NCBI GenBank assembly: GCA_033581555.1
Contig: JAVQSZ010000005.1
Span: 76,832-140,831, forward strand
Length of the DNA stretch: 64,000 nucleotides
Direction of reading: 5' to 3'
Source of the DNA: Nitrososphaerota archaeon
GTDB lineage: Archaea > Thermoproteota > Nitrososphaeria_A > Caldarchaeales > Calditenuaceae
Below the pieces are notes generated by a model. It worked only from the letters and a program-made list of their open reading frames with translations, was not told the DNA's origin and searched no databases. The position numbers were made by a program, and so were the translations under genes. Position 1 is the stretch's first letter, and every line of letters begins with the position of its first letter. Below are positions 48,597 through 57,304 of the stretch, in pieces.

Positions 48597-50471
48597 GTGT
48601 CGATCAGGAGGGCGATGGAGGAGGCCCGAAAGGCGCTCGAGAGGGCTGGCGTCAGGGAGCCGAGGGTCGTCCCCACCAAGAGCCTCGCGTTCGGGATCGT
48701 GACCAGCACCTCGGCCTTCGAGGAGGCGAAGGAGAGGGGGATCGACGCGATGGCCTACGCAGAGGAGGTCGCGGCGAGGGCGAGGCAGCACACTGGGCCG
48801 CTGCTCGCGGAGGTCAGGGCCGCCCAGCCCGGCTACGTCAACTTCTACCCCGACTGGAGGAGGTTCTCAGAAGACGTCGTGAGGGGGGTCCTCGAGGACG
48901 TGAGGTCGTTCCTCTACGAGGGCCTCGGCGGCGGCGAGGTGGTGGTCGAGCACACGAGCGTCAACCCCAACAAGGCCCTCCACGTCGGCCACGCGAGGAA
49001 CGTCTGCATCGGCGACACGGTCTACAGGCTGATGTCGAAGGCCGGGAGGAGGGTCACGGTCCTCAACTACGTCGACGACAGCGGCGCCCAGATGGCCGAG
49101 CTCCTCCTCGGTTTCACCGAGCTCGGGTTCGACCTGAACCCCCCGCCGGGCATGAGGTTCGACGAGTACTGCGGCGACTCGGTCTACGTCGAGGTGAACA
49201 GGCGCGCGAAGGTCGACCCCGAGATCGAGGCGAAGAGGAGGAGGGTCGCGAAGGAGTTGGAGGAAAGAGGCTCGGACGCGTTCAAGCTCTCGAGGGAGAT
49301 AGCTCTGAGGGTCCTGAGGGACCAGCTAAGCACCTGCTACAGGCTCGGCGCGAGCTACGACCTCCTCGTGAGGGAGAGCGACGTCGTGGTCTCCGGCCTC
49401 TGGGACGAGGCCTTCTCGAGGCTGAAGGAGAGCGGGGCCGTCTACCTGGCCGACCGCGGGTCGAAGGCCGGGTGTTGGGTCGCGGACCTCTCCGGCCACC
49501 CGGTGCTCTCGAAGGAGGGGGACGAGGTCCTGGTGAAGAGCGACGGCTCTACCACCTACGTCGCGAGGGACATAGGGTTCGCGCTCTGGAAGCTCGGCGA
49601 GTCGAGGACTTCGCTGAGGTTCTCCCTCTGGGACGTCAGGGACGGCAGGCCCACGTACATCTCGTCTGAAGAGGGCGTGTCTCTGAGGCCCAACTCCCCG
49701 AGCCTCGTGATCACTGTGGTCGACTCGAGGCAGAGGCGCCCGCAGGAGGTCGTGAGGTACGCGCTCTCGAGGATCGGCGTCAGCGCAGACAGGTACCTCC
49801 ACTACTCCTACGAGCCCGTCCTCCTCTCCAAGAGGTCCGCGGAGATGCTCGGGGCGAAGGCGGAGCGGTCCGCGGTCCAGATGAGCGGGAGGGAGGGGAT
49901 CTATTTCAAGGTCGAGCAGGTCCTCGACAAGCTGGTCGAGGTCGCGGCCAGGGAGACGTCGTCGAGGAGGCCCGAGTGGCCGTCCGAGAGGGTCCGGGAA
50001 GTGGCTGAGGCGATCGCGGTCGGCGCGTTCAGATACGGGATGCTGAAGGTCGACAGCGACAAGCAGATCGTCTTCGACATCGAGGAGTCCCTCAGGCTCG
50101 AGGGCGACACGGGACCGTACCTACAGTACTCGGTCGTGAGGGCGAGGAAGATCTTGCTGAAGGCGGAGGAGGCAGGAGTCGAACCGTCGCCAGCTCCCTC
50201 AGAGGACCTCACGCCGCACGAGATGCAGCTGGTGAGGGAGGTCTCCGTCGCGCCGCTCGCCCTTGAGGACACCGTCAAGGCCTTGAGGATAAGGACGCTC
50301 GTGACCCAGGCCAGGACGCTCGCGACCGTGTTCAACGAGTTCTACGAGAGCTGCCCTGTGATCGGGGGAGGTCCGAACGCCGGCTTCAGGCTCAGCTTGG
50401 TCGCCGCGTACGCCAGGGTACAGGAGGAGTTGCTGGAGACGCTCGGCGTTCCGGTCCTCGACGAGCTGTAG
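48597..50471 (+). CDS. argS: Arginyl-tRNA synthetase
   Basis: EHTSVNPNKALHVGHARN, KSDGSTTY, MSGREG, GPYLQY, FYE.CPV; start GTG 48597 or ATG 48615. Confidence 0.95.
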   Translation: MSIRRAMEEARKALERAGVREPRVVPTKSLAFGIVTSTSAFEEAKERGIDAMAYAEEVAARARQHTGPLLAEVRAAQPGYVNFYPDWRRFSEDVVRGVLEDVRSFLYEGLGGGEVVVEHTSVNPNKALHVGHARNVCIGDTVYRLMSKAGRRVTVLNYVDDSGAQMAELLLGFTELGFDLNPPPGMRFDEYCGDSVYVEVNRRAKVDPEIEAKRRRVAKELEERGSDAFKLSREIALRVLRDQLSTCYRLGASYDLLVRESDVVVSGLWDEAFSRLKESGAVYLADRGSKAGCWVADLSGHPVLSKEGDEVLVKSDGSTTYVARDIGFALWKLGESRTSLRFSLWDVRDGRPTYISSEEGVSLRPNSPSLVITVVDSRQRRPQEVVRYALSRIGVSADRYLHYSYEPVLLSKRSAEMLGAKAERSAVQMSGREGIYFKVEQVLDKLVEVAARETSSRRPEWPSERVREVAEAIAVGAFRYGMLKVDSDKQIVFDIEESLRLEGDTGPYLQYSVVRARKILLKAEEAGVEPSPAPSEDLTPHEMQLVREVSVAPLALEDTVKALRIRTLVTQARTLATVFNEFYESCPVIGGGPNAGFRLSLVAAYARVQEELLETLGVPVLDEL

Positions 50472-50518
50472 CCCCGGAGGCGTCAGGACTAAATTATCCG
50501 AGCGAGGAGGTGCACCGG

Positions 50519-50612
50519 GGGCCGGTAGATCAGCGGCAGATCGCCCGGTTCGCACCCGGGTGACGCGAAGGGCGTCCGGGAAAGGTCCGGGGTTCGAATC
50601 CCCGCCGGTCCA
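50519..50612 (+). tRNA. tRNA-Ala(CGC) with non-canonical intron (50561-50582, position 43/44)
   Basis: GGGCCGG acceptor with G3:U70, CCCGG-TT-CGC-AC-CCGGG anticodon arm, GGTTCGAATCC; 22-nt insert with BHB geometry. Confidence 0.9.
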
Positions 50613-50677
50613 TCACCTCCGCGGTGTCCCGTAGCTCCGCGACGAAGTCTCGAGGTCAGGGCCCTCTAGATCTCAGA

Positions 50678-50752
50678 CGGGCCCGCCGGGACTCGAACCC
50701 GGGACCTCCGGCTCCGCAGGCCGGCGCCCTGTCCATGCTAGGCCACGGGCCC
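50678..50752 (-). tRNA. tRNA-Arg(GCG)
   Basis: Minus strand GGGCCCGTGGCCTAGC...CCGGC-CT-GCG-GA-GCCGG...GGTTCGAGTCCCGGCGGGCCCG. Confidence 0.95.
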
Positions 50753-51059
50753 TCCGGTCGTCAACGCCTCTGCTCGTTTTATTAACTTCCCGAGACCTCC
50801 GGCGGCAGGTCCTGATCGCGCGCATCGCCCATCCCGGATACTCTCCCCTTATCGGAATGGAGTTAGGGGCTCGATGAGCTGACACCGCCACGCTCAACAC
50901 GTGCGCGGCATAGTCGACGGGAAGCCTGATCAGATGCTGACGAAATGGGAGCAGAGGGCTGAAGTGATGGTGATCAGGCGGGTCCGAAGTCTTGCAGTTC
51001 CTCTACTCTGTGAAGGACGGTGGTCTCTTACCGGGCCAAACCCCTCATCGCGCTCGGTG

Positions 51060-51220
51060 GTCAAAGGCAGCCTTTAATGGATTGAAAAGCGCCCGATCAT
51101 TACGATTATCGAACCAAAAAGAGTCTAGATTTGTTGTGACAACCGCACGTGGTGCGCCATTCGGCAGATCTTCCAGGTTAAGCAACGCATTAACACAATG
51201 ATCGTAAAATGATATATGCC
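51060..51220 (+). promoter_or_regulatory. AT-rich promoter/operator region of cstA cluster
   Basis: AT-rich relative to flanks; dyads GTTGT-G-ACAAC (51133-51143) and CGCAC-GTG-GTGCG (51144-51156); TATA-like gatatatg near 51211. Confidence 0.45.
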
Positions 51221-51242
51221 AGCAAGTGTCAGTACATGCGCA

Positions 51243-52997
51243 ATGGTGTTCGAGACGCCCTTCGGTATAACGATGGTCGGCATCGTGATATTCCTGTTGA
51301 CGTTCTTCACGTACAGCAGATGGGTCGACAGGAGGGTCTGGAGCCCCGATCCGAAGAGGCCGACACCGGCGCACATGTACATGGACGGCGTCGAGTTCTT
51401 CCCGGTCTCGAGGTTCGTGCTCTACGGGTTCCAGTGGAACTCCATCGCAGCGTTGGGACCGATCCTCGGACCCGGAATAGCTCTGACCTTCGGGTGGCTG
51501 CCCGCGTTCCTCTGGATCGTATTAGCTGCCCTGCTGATCGGGTGGGTCCAGGACTACAGCTCGATGTTCCTCTCGGTTAGGAAGGAGGGGAGGTCCTTCG
51601 GTCCGATCGCGTACGAGCTGCTGGGCCCGACGCCTAGGAGGCTGCTGCTCGGGTTCCTGCTCTTTTACTTGCTTTTGATCAACGCGGCGTTCCTCTTCGT
51701 CGTGGCGACCGTCGTGGACGCGTTCGCGGGCGCGTTCTGGTCACTGTTAGTCCTCGTGATAGCCGCGGTCATTACCGGCCACCTTCTCTTCAAGGTGAAG
51801 ATGCCCGTGGTGCAGGTCACACTGATCGCGGTCGTGTTGCTCGCGATCGGAGTCGTCATCGGAGCCATCTTCAACTGGCCTCCGCCGGGGACGCTGGGCA
51901 CAGCTCCCTACACGCTCTGGTACGTTCCGCTGATCGCGCTCCTGGTGGCCGGCGCGATCCTCCCCATGCCCCGGCTGATCACGCCCATGAACTACATCGC
52001 CTACTACACGCTCTTCCCGGCGGTCATCATGCTCGCGGTTGGGGCCCTCGCTTCGATCGTGACTGGCGTGAAGGTCAACACCCCAGCGTTCACGTCGTTC
52101 TTCGGTCCTTTCGCGACCGGACCGCTGTGGCCGGCGTTGTTCGTGAGCATAGCTTGCGGCGCCATCTCAGGTTGGCACAGTCTGGTGAGCACCGGCCTGA
52201 CCAGCAAGCAGATCGACGTCGAGACTGACGTGAGGCCCGTGGGCGCCGGAGCCATGCTGAGCGAGAACCTCGTGGGTCTAACCTCGCTCGCCGCTTGGAT
52301 CGTGTTGCCTGCGGGGACCGCGGTAGCGCCCGCGAACTTCCCGAGGGGCGCAGTGACGCTGACCAGCCCGGTCTTCGGAGGAGCCGCTATGGCGCCTTAC
52401 CTGGCGATATTCTTCGCTAGCTACATGGTCGGGATGGCCGTCACGATCCTGACTATCCTCGGGAGGTTCTGGAGGGTGACGATGGCCGAGATCTTCTCGG
52501 GGACGTCGCTCAACTTCCTCGGAAACAAGTACGTCGCGACCGTGCTGGGGTTCGTGCTGCCGGTGGCGTTCGTACTGACCGGTTCGTGGATCAACATCTG
52601 GCTATACTTCGGGGGCACCAACCAGCTGCTGGCAGGGTTCGCGCTGCTGATCGTAGGGCTCTACCTGTTCTCCCTCAGGAAGTTCCACTGGTACAGCACC
52701 ATCCCGGGCCTCTTCATGATGGTGACGACGCTGGCCGCGATCGCCTGGCAGACCAACGTGTTCGCCACTGCGACCATCAACCCGGTCATCAGGAGGCCCG
52801 ACGGCACCATCGCCCCGTTCTTCCCGCAGCAGGCTCCGCTGCTCAACCTAGGAGGTCCGGGAGCGCTGACGGCGATCAACGCCTTCTCGACCGTGATGGG
52901 TATGATCATGTTCGTGATCGGGCTGATGATGGCGATCTTCTTCATCAGAGCCTTCCTGAGGTACGCGAGGCAGCCGACTCAGCCCACCGCGACCTAA
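51243..52997 (+). CDS. cstA: Carbon starvation protein A family transporter
   Basis: TPAH..DGVEF, IAALGPILGP, IACGAISGWHSLVS, TSKQ, IWLYFGGTNQLLA. Confidence 0.92.
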   Translation: MVFETPFGITMVGIVIFLLTFFTYSRWVDRRVWSPDPKRPTPAHMYMDGVEFFPVSRFVLYGFQWNSIAALGPILGPGIALTFGWLPAFLWIVLAALLIGWVQDYSSMFLSVRKEGRSFGPIAYELLGPTPRRLLLGFLLFYLLLINAAFLFVVATVVDAFAGAFWSLLVLVIAAVITGHLLFKVKMPVVQVTLIAVVLLAIGVVIGAIFNWPPPGTLGTAPYTLWYVPLIALLVAGAILPMPRLITPMNYIAYYTLFPAVIMLAVGALASIVTGVKVNTPAFTSFFGPFATGPLWPALFVSIACGAISGWHSLVSTGLTSKQIDVETDVRPVGAGAMLSENLVGLTSLAAWIVLPAGTAVAPANFPRGAVTLTSPVFGGAAMAPYLAIFFASYMVGMAVTILTILGRFWRVTMAEIFSGTSLNFLGNKYVATVLGFVLPVAFVLTGSWINIWLYFGGTNQLLAGFALLIVGLYLFSLRKFHWYSTIPGLFMMVTTLAAIAWQTNVFATATINPVIRRPDGTIAPFFPQQAPLLNLGGPGALTAINAFSTVMGMIMFVIGLMMAIFFIRAFLRYARQPTQPTAT

Positions 52998-53025
52998 GTC
53001 TTTTCAGTCAACGTTTTTTAAATGG
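52995..53025 (+). terminator. T-rich tract after cstA (terminator and/or internal TATA box)
   Basis: taagtcttttcagtcaacgttttttaaatgg. Confidence 0.35.
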
Positions 53026-53046
53026 TCCACGTGAACATTCACTGGC

Positions 53047-53319
53047 ATGGGTAAGGGCGGTTTTCTTTCGTCGATGAAGAAGGCGCTGTCTGAGGTCACA
53101 TACGGAGCCGCGCTGCACGGTCAGGTCTCCGCGGTCCTCAAGACGAGGATGTACATCGAGCACATGTTCATACTGATGATACTGGGCGACATGCTAGGGT
53201 TCCCGATACTCCCGCCCTACTACTCGCTGAGGCTGCTGCCGTACGCAGTCCCCAACGTCAAGGCTTGGAAGCACAGGTTCTACAGGGAGAGGGACTTCAC
53301 CGACGTGATCTACGGGTGA
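53047..53319 (+). CDS. Small cstA-associated protein (resembles cory-CC-star type)
   Basis: FILMILGDMLGFPILPPYYSLRLLPY motif; position between cstA and arsA-like genes. Confidence 0.75.
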   Translation: MGKGGFLSSMKKALSEVTYGAALHGQVSAVLKTRMYIEHMFILMILGDMLGFPILPPYYSLRLLPYAVPNVKAWKHRFYRERDFTDVIYG

Positions 53320-54317
53320 TTCGGGTGGCCTGGGGCTTAAGGGACGTAGTCCTGAGGGACGGAGGCCCCCGGATGGTCATCTTCGCGGGAAAGGGAGGCC
53401 TCGGGAAGACGACGAGCAGCGCAGCCCTTGCGTACGCCGCGGCCCTCTCCGGCAAGAGGGTGCTCTGCTTCAGTACCGACCCGCAGGCCAGCCTCAGCGA
53501 CATCTTCGAGCGGGACATCTTCGGGAAGGGCGAGGTCGAGGTGGCCAGGAACCTCTACGTCGTCGAGATAGACGCAGACGCGAAGATCAGCGCCTACATA
53601 GCAGAGGTGAAGCAGAGGATCAGGGACATGTACAAACTCGAGGAGATCCCGGCCGAGATCGAGGCCTACATCGACAGCTCGGTCGCGGAGCCCGCGATGT
53701 ACGAGTCAGCGACTTACGACGCGATGGCCGACTACCTCGCGAGGGGCGACTACGACCTGTACGTCTTCGACATGCCGCCCTTCGGTCACGGGATCAGGAT
53801 GCTCACGATGGCCGACGTCCTGACCAGCTGGGTCGAGAAGCTCACGGAGGTCCGTGAGAAGGCCAGGGAGTACGACGAGATCGCGAGCAGGCTGAAGGGC
53901 GAGAGGCTGATCAAGGAGGACGAGATCCTGAACGAGCTGAAGGCCATCAAGGACAAGCTGACGACCTTCACCGACTTCATGAGGGACAAGACAAAGTCAG
54001 CCTTCTTCATGGTCATGACCCCCGAGATGATGTCCGTCCACGACACCGAGAGGGCCCTTCAGGCCTTCAGGTCGATCGGCCTCACCCTCTCCGGGATAGT
54101 CCTGAACAAGGTCCTCCCGAAGGAGCTCGGGTCGAACCCGTCGCCGTACATCTCCTACAGGTACAAGCAGCAGGAGGCGGTCCTGAAGGTGATAGAGGAG
54201 AAGTTCGGGGACCTCGTCGTCGCCGCGATCCCGATGTTCCCGAGGGAGCCGAAGGGCCTCGAGGGGCTGAAGGAGGTCGCCAAGCACCTCGTCGACGGGG
54301 TGACGAGGGTGTGGTGA
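53316..54317 (+). CDS. ArsA/Get3-family ATPase, copy 1
   Basis: GKGGLGKTT, STDPQASLSD, FDMPPFGH; GTGA overlap with upstream gene. Confidence 0.9.
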   Translation: MIRVAWGLRDVVLRDGGPRMVIFAGKGGLGKTTSSAALAYAAALSGKRVLCFSTDPQASLSDIFERDIFGKGEVEVARNLYVVEIDADAKISAYIAEVKQRIRDMYKLEEIPAEIEAYIDSSVAEPAMYESATYDAMADYLARGDYDLYVFDMPPFGHGIRMLTMADVLTSWVEKLTEVREKAREYDEIASRLKGERLIKEDEILNELKAIKDKLTTFTDFMRDKTKSAFFMVMTPEMMSVHDTERALQAFRSIGLTLSGIVLNKVLPKELGSNPSPYISYRYKQQEAVLKVIEEKFGDLVVAAIPMFPREPKGLEGLKEVAKHLVDGVTRVW

Positions 54318-55312
54318 GGGACGGCGGCCCCATAACCGGGGAGCACAGGTTCGTCTTCGTCGGAGGAAAGGGGGGCGTCGGGAAGACGGTACTCGCGGCC
54401 GCGTTGGCCTACGACGCGACGCTCCACGGCAAGAGGGTGCTACTGGCGAGCCTCAACCCAGTCCACTCACTCACGAGCCTCTTCGGTCAGGACCTAGCGG
54501 GCGGGAAGCTCACGAGGATCGAGGGCGCTGAAGGCCTTGACGCGATCGAGGTCGAGATAGATGACCTAGTCCGGGACTATAAGGCCAAGATGACCGGGAG
54601 GCTGAGGGAGTTCTTCAGGTGGGCGGAGGTCCCCATCAACCCCGATCCTTTCATAGAGGTCGCGACGACGAACCCAGCCTTCCACGAGTCCGCGATGTTC
54701 GACCGCGTGATGGACCTCATCCTCGAGGCGGGAGGGAAGTACGACCTGGTGGTCTTCGACACTGCTGCGGTCGCTAACGCGGTGAGGTTGATCGGGCTCA
54801 GTAAGCTCTACGGCCTCTGGCTCGCGAGGATGATCCAGTCGAGGAGGGAGGCGCAGCAGTTCAGGCTCAGCCTCTCCTTCAGGAAGGAGAAGGTGATGGA
54901 GGAGATCAAGAGGGACCCGGTGATCGCGGACCTCATCGCCCTCCACGAGAAGTTCACGAAGACCAGGGAGGTGATAACTGACCCGAAGCTCACGGGCTTC
55001 TACTTCGTAACGACTCCTGAAAGTCTGCCGATCTCCGTCGTGGTGAGGTTCATCAAGATGGTTGAGGCCTTCAACATCCCGGTAGGCGGTGTCTTCGTGA
55101 ACAACGTGATCGACGCCTCCGAGGCGTCCTCCGACCCCTCCGGGTACCTGTCAGCTAAAGTGGAGGAGCAGCGCAGGTACCTGAAGATGATCGCGGAGCA
55201 GATGGGCGACAAGGTGAAGGGCTACGTGAGGTCGTTCCCGAGCGAGGTGAGGGGCATCGAGGCCTTGAGGGCTGTCGTCGAGGACCTGAGGGGCTACAGG
55301 CCGAGCTTCTGA
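54311..55312 (+). CDS. ArsA/Get3-family ATPase, copy 2 (degenerate switch motifs)
   Basis: GKGGVGKT, SLNPVHSL, FDTAAVAN. Confidence 0.9.
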   Translation: MVRDGGPITGEHRFVFVGGKGGVGKTVLAAALAYDATLHGKRVLLASLNPVHSLTSLFGQDLAGGKLTRIEGAEGLDAIEVEIDDLVRDYKAKMTGRLREFFRWAEVPINPDPFIEVATTNPAFHESAMFDRVMDLILEAGGKYDLVVFDTAAVANAVRLIGLSKLYGLWLARMIQSRREAQQFRLSLSFRKEKVMEEIKRDPVIADLIALHEKFTKTREVITDPKLTGFYFVTTPESLPISVVVRFIKMVEAFNIPVGGVFVNNVIDASEASSDPSGYLSAKVEEQRRYLKMIAEQMGDKVKGYVRSFPSEVRGIEALRAVVEDLRGYRPSF

Positions 55313-55328
55313 CCCCGGTCCGAGGGGT

Positions 55329-55799
55329 TTGAGGAGGAACAGGTTCGACCTCTTCACCGGCAACATCGTCATCGGGACTTACAGGTTCCTCACGCTGGTC
55401 CTGCCGGAGGGCTGGGCGGTCCAGAGGAGCAGGGCGCCCTCGGACATCTACTACACCGGCGTCGTGCAGGGGAAGGGCTGGGTGACGGAGGGCTACGCGC
55501 ACTACTACCTCACGAACCTCGTGACCGGCGAGCGGTACGACCTCCTCATCGAGGTCAAGAAGGGCGCGAAGGGCGTGGACCTGACCGAGCAGTCGGAGCT
55601 CACGACGTTCTCCGGCCACTCCGCCTCCGTCAGCAAGAGGGTCTACTCCGTCGGCCTCTTCAGGAAGAGGGAGGTCAGGGAGGTTACCATCAAAACCGCC
55701 TGCCAGCTGACCTCGAGGACGATCGCGATCCAGATCAGCTCCCAGGAGGACCTGCCAAGTGAGGTCCTGGAGGCCCTCTCGGAGTCGGAGTGCCACTAG
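55329..55799 (+). CDS. Hypothetical protein (cstA-arsA cluster)
   Basis: GAGGGG RBS before TTG; typical codon usage; ends ECH. Confidence 0.7.
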   Translation: MRRNRFDLFTGNIVIGTYRFLTLVLPEGWAVQRSRAPSDIYYTGVVQGKGWVTEGYAHYYLTNLVTGERYDLLIEVKKGAKGVDLTEQSELTTFSGHSASVSKRVYSVGLFRKREVREVTIKTACQLTSRTIAIQISSQEDLPSEVLEALSESECH

Positions 55800-55851
55800 T
55801 CCCCTGAGTTCCGGAGGAACGGCTAAAACCGGCTGTACCTTCAGAACGGGC

Positions 55852-56475
55852 GTGGATGTCGACCCGCTGTACGTCGTCGCGGCCATCGCGGTCATCCTGA
55901 TCGCCCTCTCGATCGCCGGGAACGTGGCAGGTAGGAGGAGGGTCGACGCGGCGGTAATAGCGGTGGTGGACGCGGTGAGGTCGCTGGGCGGCGAGCTGAA
56001 GCTCGTCGGGAGGACCTCCTCCGCGGCGCTCCTTAAGGGATCCGGGCTCAGGCCGATGAAGGAGTTCTCGGTCATGATAGGCCTCGTCCCCAGGGGGAGC
56101 CCCCTCGCCCTCCTGGTCGCGAAGCTCGCCGGCAGGAAGGACCTTGTGATGATAAGGGGCGCCTTGGAGAGCGAGCCTCCGATGAACATCGCGGTCTTCG
56201 CGAAGGGTGCGGGCGTCGAGAGGCACGCGAAGAGGTGGGGGAAGGAGGTCAAGGACCTGGGAGGGCTGGTCGTCGCCTACGACGGCGCGGACCTTCAGCT
56301 CGACCTCTCGAAGCTGGAGCCGCTCCGGAGCACCGGCGCCATCATGCTGGCCCTCCGCGACCACCTCCCTCACGTCTACGCTTACATCAGCCTAGAGTCC
56401 GACATCAGGTCCTCTCTCTCCGCGGTCCTGACCGGGCTCAACGAGCTCCAGAGGGCGGCGCGGCGGGGTACTTAG
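55852..56475 (+). CDS. Hypothetical protein with N-terminal membrane anchor
   Basis: LYVVAAIAVILIALSIAG followed by RRR. Confidence 0.7.
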   Translation: MDVDPLYVVAAIAVILIALSIAGNVAGRRRVDAAVIAVVDAVRSLGGELKLVGRTSSAALLKGSGLRPMKEFSVMIGLVPRGSPLALLVAKLAGRKDLVMIRGALESEPPMNIAVFAKGAGVERHAKRWGKEVKDLGGLVVAYDGADLQLDLSKLEPLRSTGAIMLALRDHLPHVYAYISLESDIRSSLSAVLTGLNELQRAARRGT

Positions 56476-56523
56476 CGGCCCGTTCCAAAAGCCTTATCAC
56501 CGATCCGGTGCGTGAGACGGCAG

Positions 56524-56946
56524 ATGGCAGGCTCGATCCAGCTGAGGGTCGTCTTGCTCGACGTCTACCCGACGCAGCTGGGCCACTGCCCGCACTACAA
56601 TCTGGTCTCGTCGCAGATGATGGCGGCGGGCTCCGAGTTCTGCGAGCTCTCCTCCCAGGCCCTCGAGTACCCGCAAGAGGTCATCGAGAGTCACAGGAGG
56701 GCACTCGCGGTCTTGAACGTCCTGAGGAGGGCCCTGGACGGAAAGGAGGTCAACGTCGAGGTCGAGATGGTCGACGCGCTCTCCCCCAAGGGCTTCCTGC
56801 TCTCCCTCAGGTACGGCGTGAGGGGGAATTTCGCGGTCGTCGTCAACGGGAAGAAGGTCTACGACGGCGAACCCAGCGTGGAGGCCGTCGAGCGTGCGCT
56901 TGAGGACTACGTCTCGGAAGCGTTGAACCTCAGGCGTGTGAGTTGA
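56524..56946 (+). CDS. Hypothetical protein, possible thioredoxin-like fold
   Basis: HCPHY, EYP, VEMVDALSPKG, RYGVR..AVVVNGK. Confidence 0.65.
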   Translation: MAGSIQLRVVLLDVYPTQLGHCPHYNLVSSQMMAAGSEFCELSSQALEYPQEVIESHRRALAVLNVLRRALDGKEVNVEVEMVDALSPKGFLLSLRYGVRGNFAVVVNGKKVYDGEPSVEAVERALEDYVSEALNLRRVS

Positions 56947-57304
56947 CGATAGAGGCGAAGAGAATCCGCGAACCCTCTTCACCAGGGGACGGCTTCAGGG
57001 TTCTCGTCGACAAACTGTGGCCGCGATGCCTCCCGAAGGACACCGCGAAAGTTAACGCCTAGTCGAAGGAGCTGGCGCCGTCGGATGAGTTGAGGGGGTG
57101 GTTCGGTCGCGATCAGTCGAAGTGGTGGAGTTCGAGCACGAGTACTTCACTGGACTGAAGGGCAAAGAGGACCTGTTGGAATGCATCCGTGAGATGGAGA
57201 GGAGACACGGAGTCGTAATCCTGCCCTTCGCGGCGAGAGGTGTGCATCGCGACGCCGCGGTCGCGCTGCTTGAGTACCCAAGCCGCGGAAGATCTCACCC
57301 GTAA
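56943..57304 (+). pseudogene. DUF488/YeaO-family pseudogene
   Basis: IEAKRI...DGFRVLVDKLWPR, TAG at 57060-57062 where Trp is expected, KELAPSDELRGWF, frameshift near 57125, then EFEHEY...AVALLEY. Confidence 0.8.

Noticed and set aside
50860-50945. C/D box sRNA
   Set aside because: CTGA boxes are present but the C box is imperfect (CGATGA) and spacing is unconvincing.
53316-55312. Arsenic resistance operon
   Set aside because: No arsB/acr3/arsC/arsR/arsD neighbours and no metalloid-binding cysteine set.
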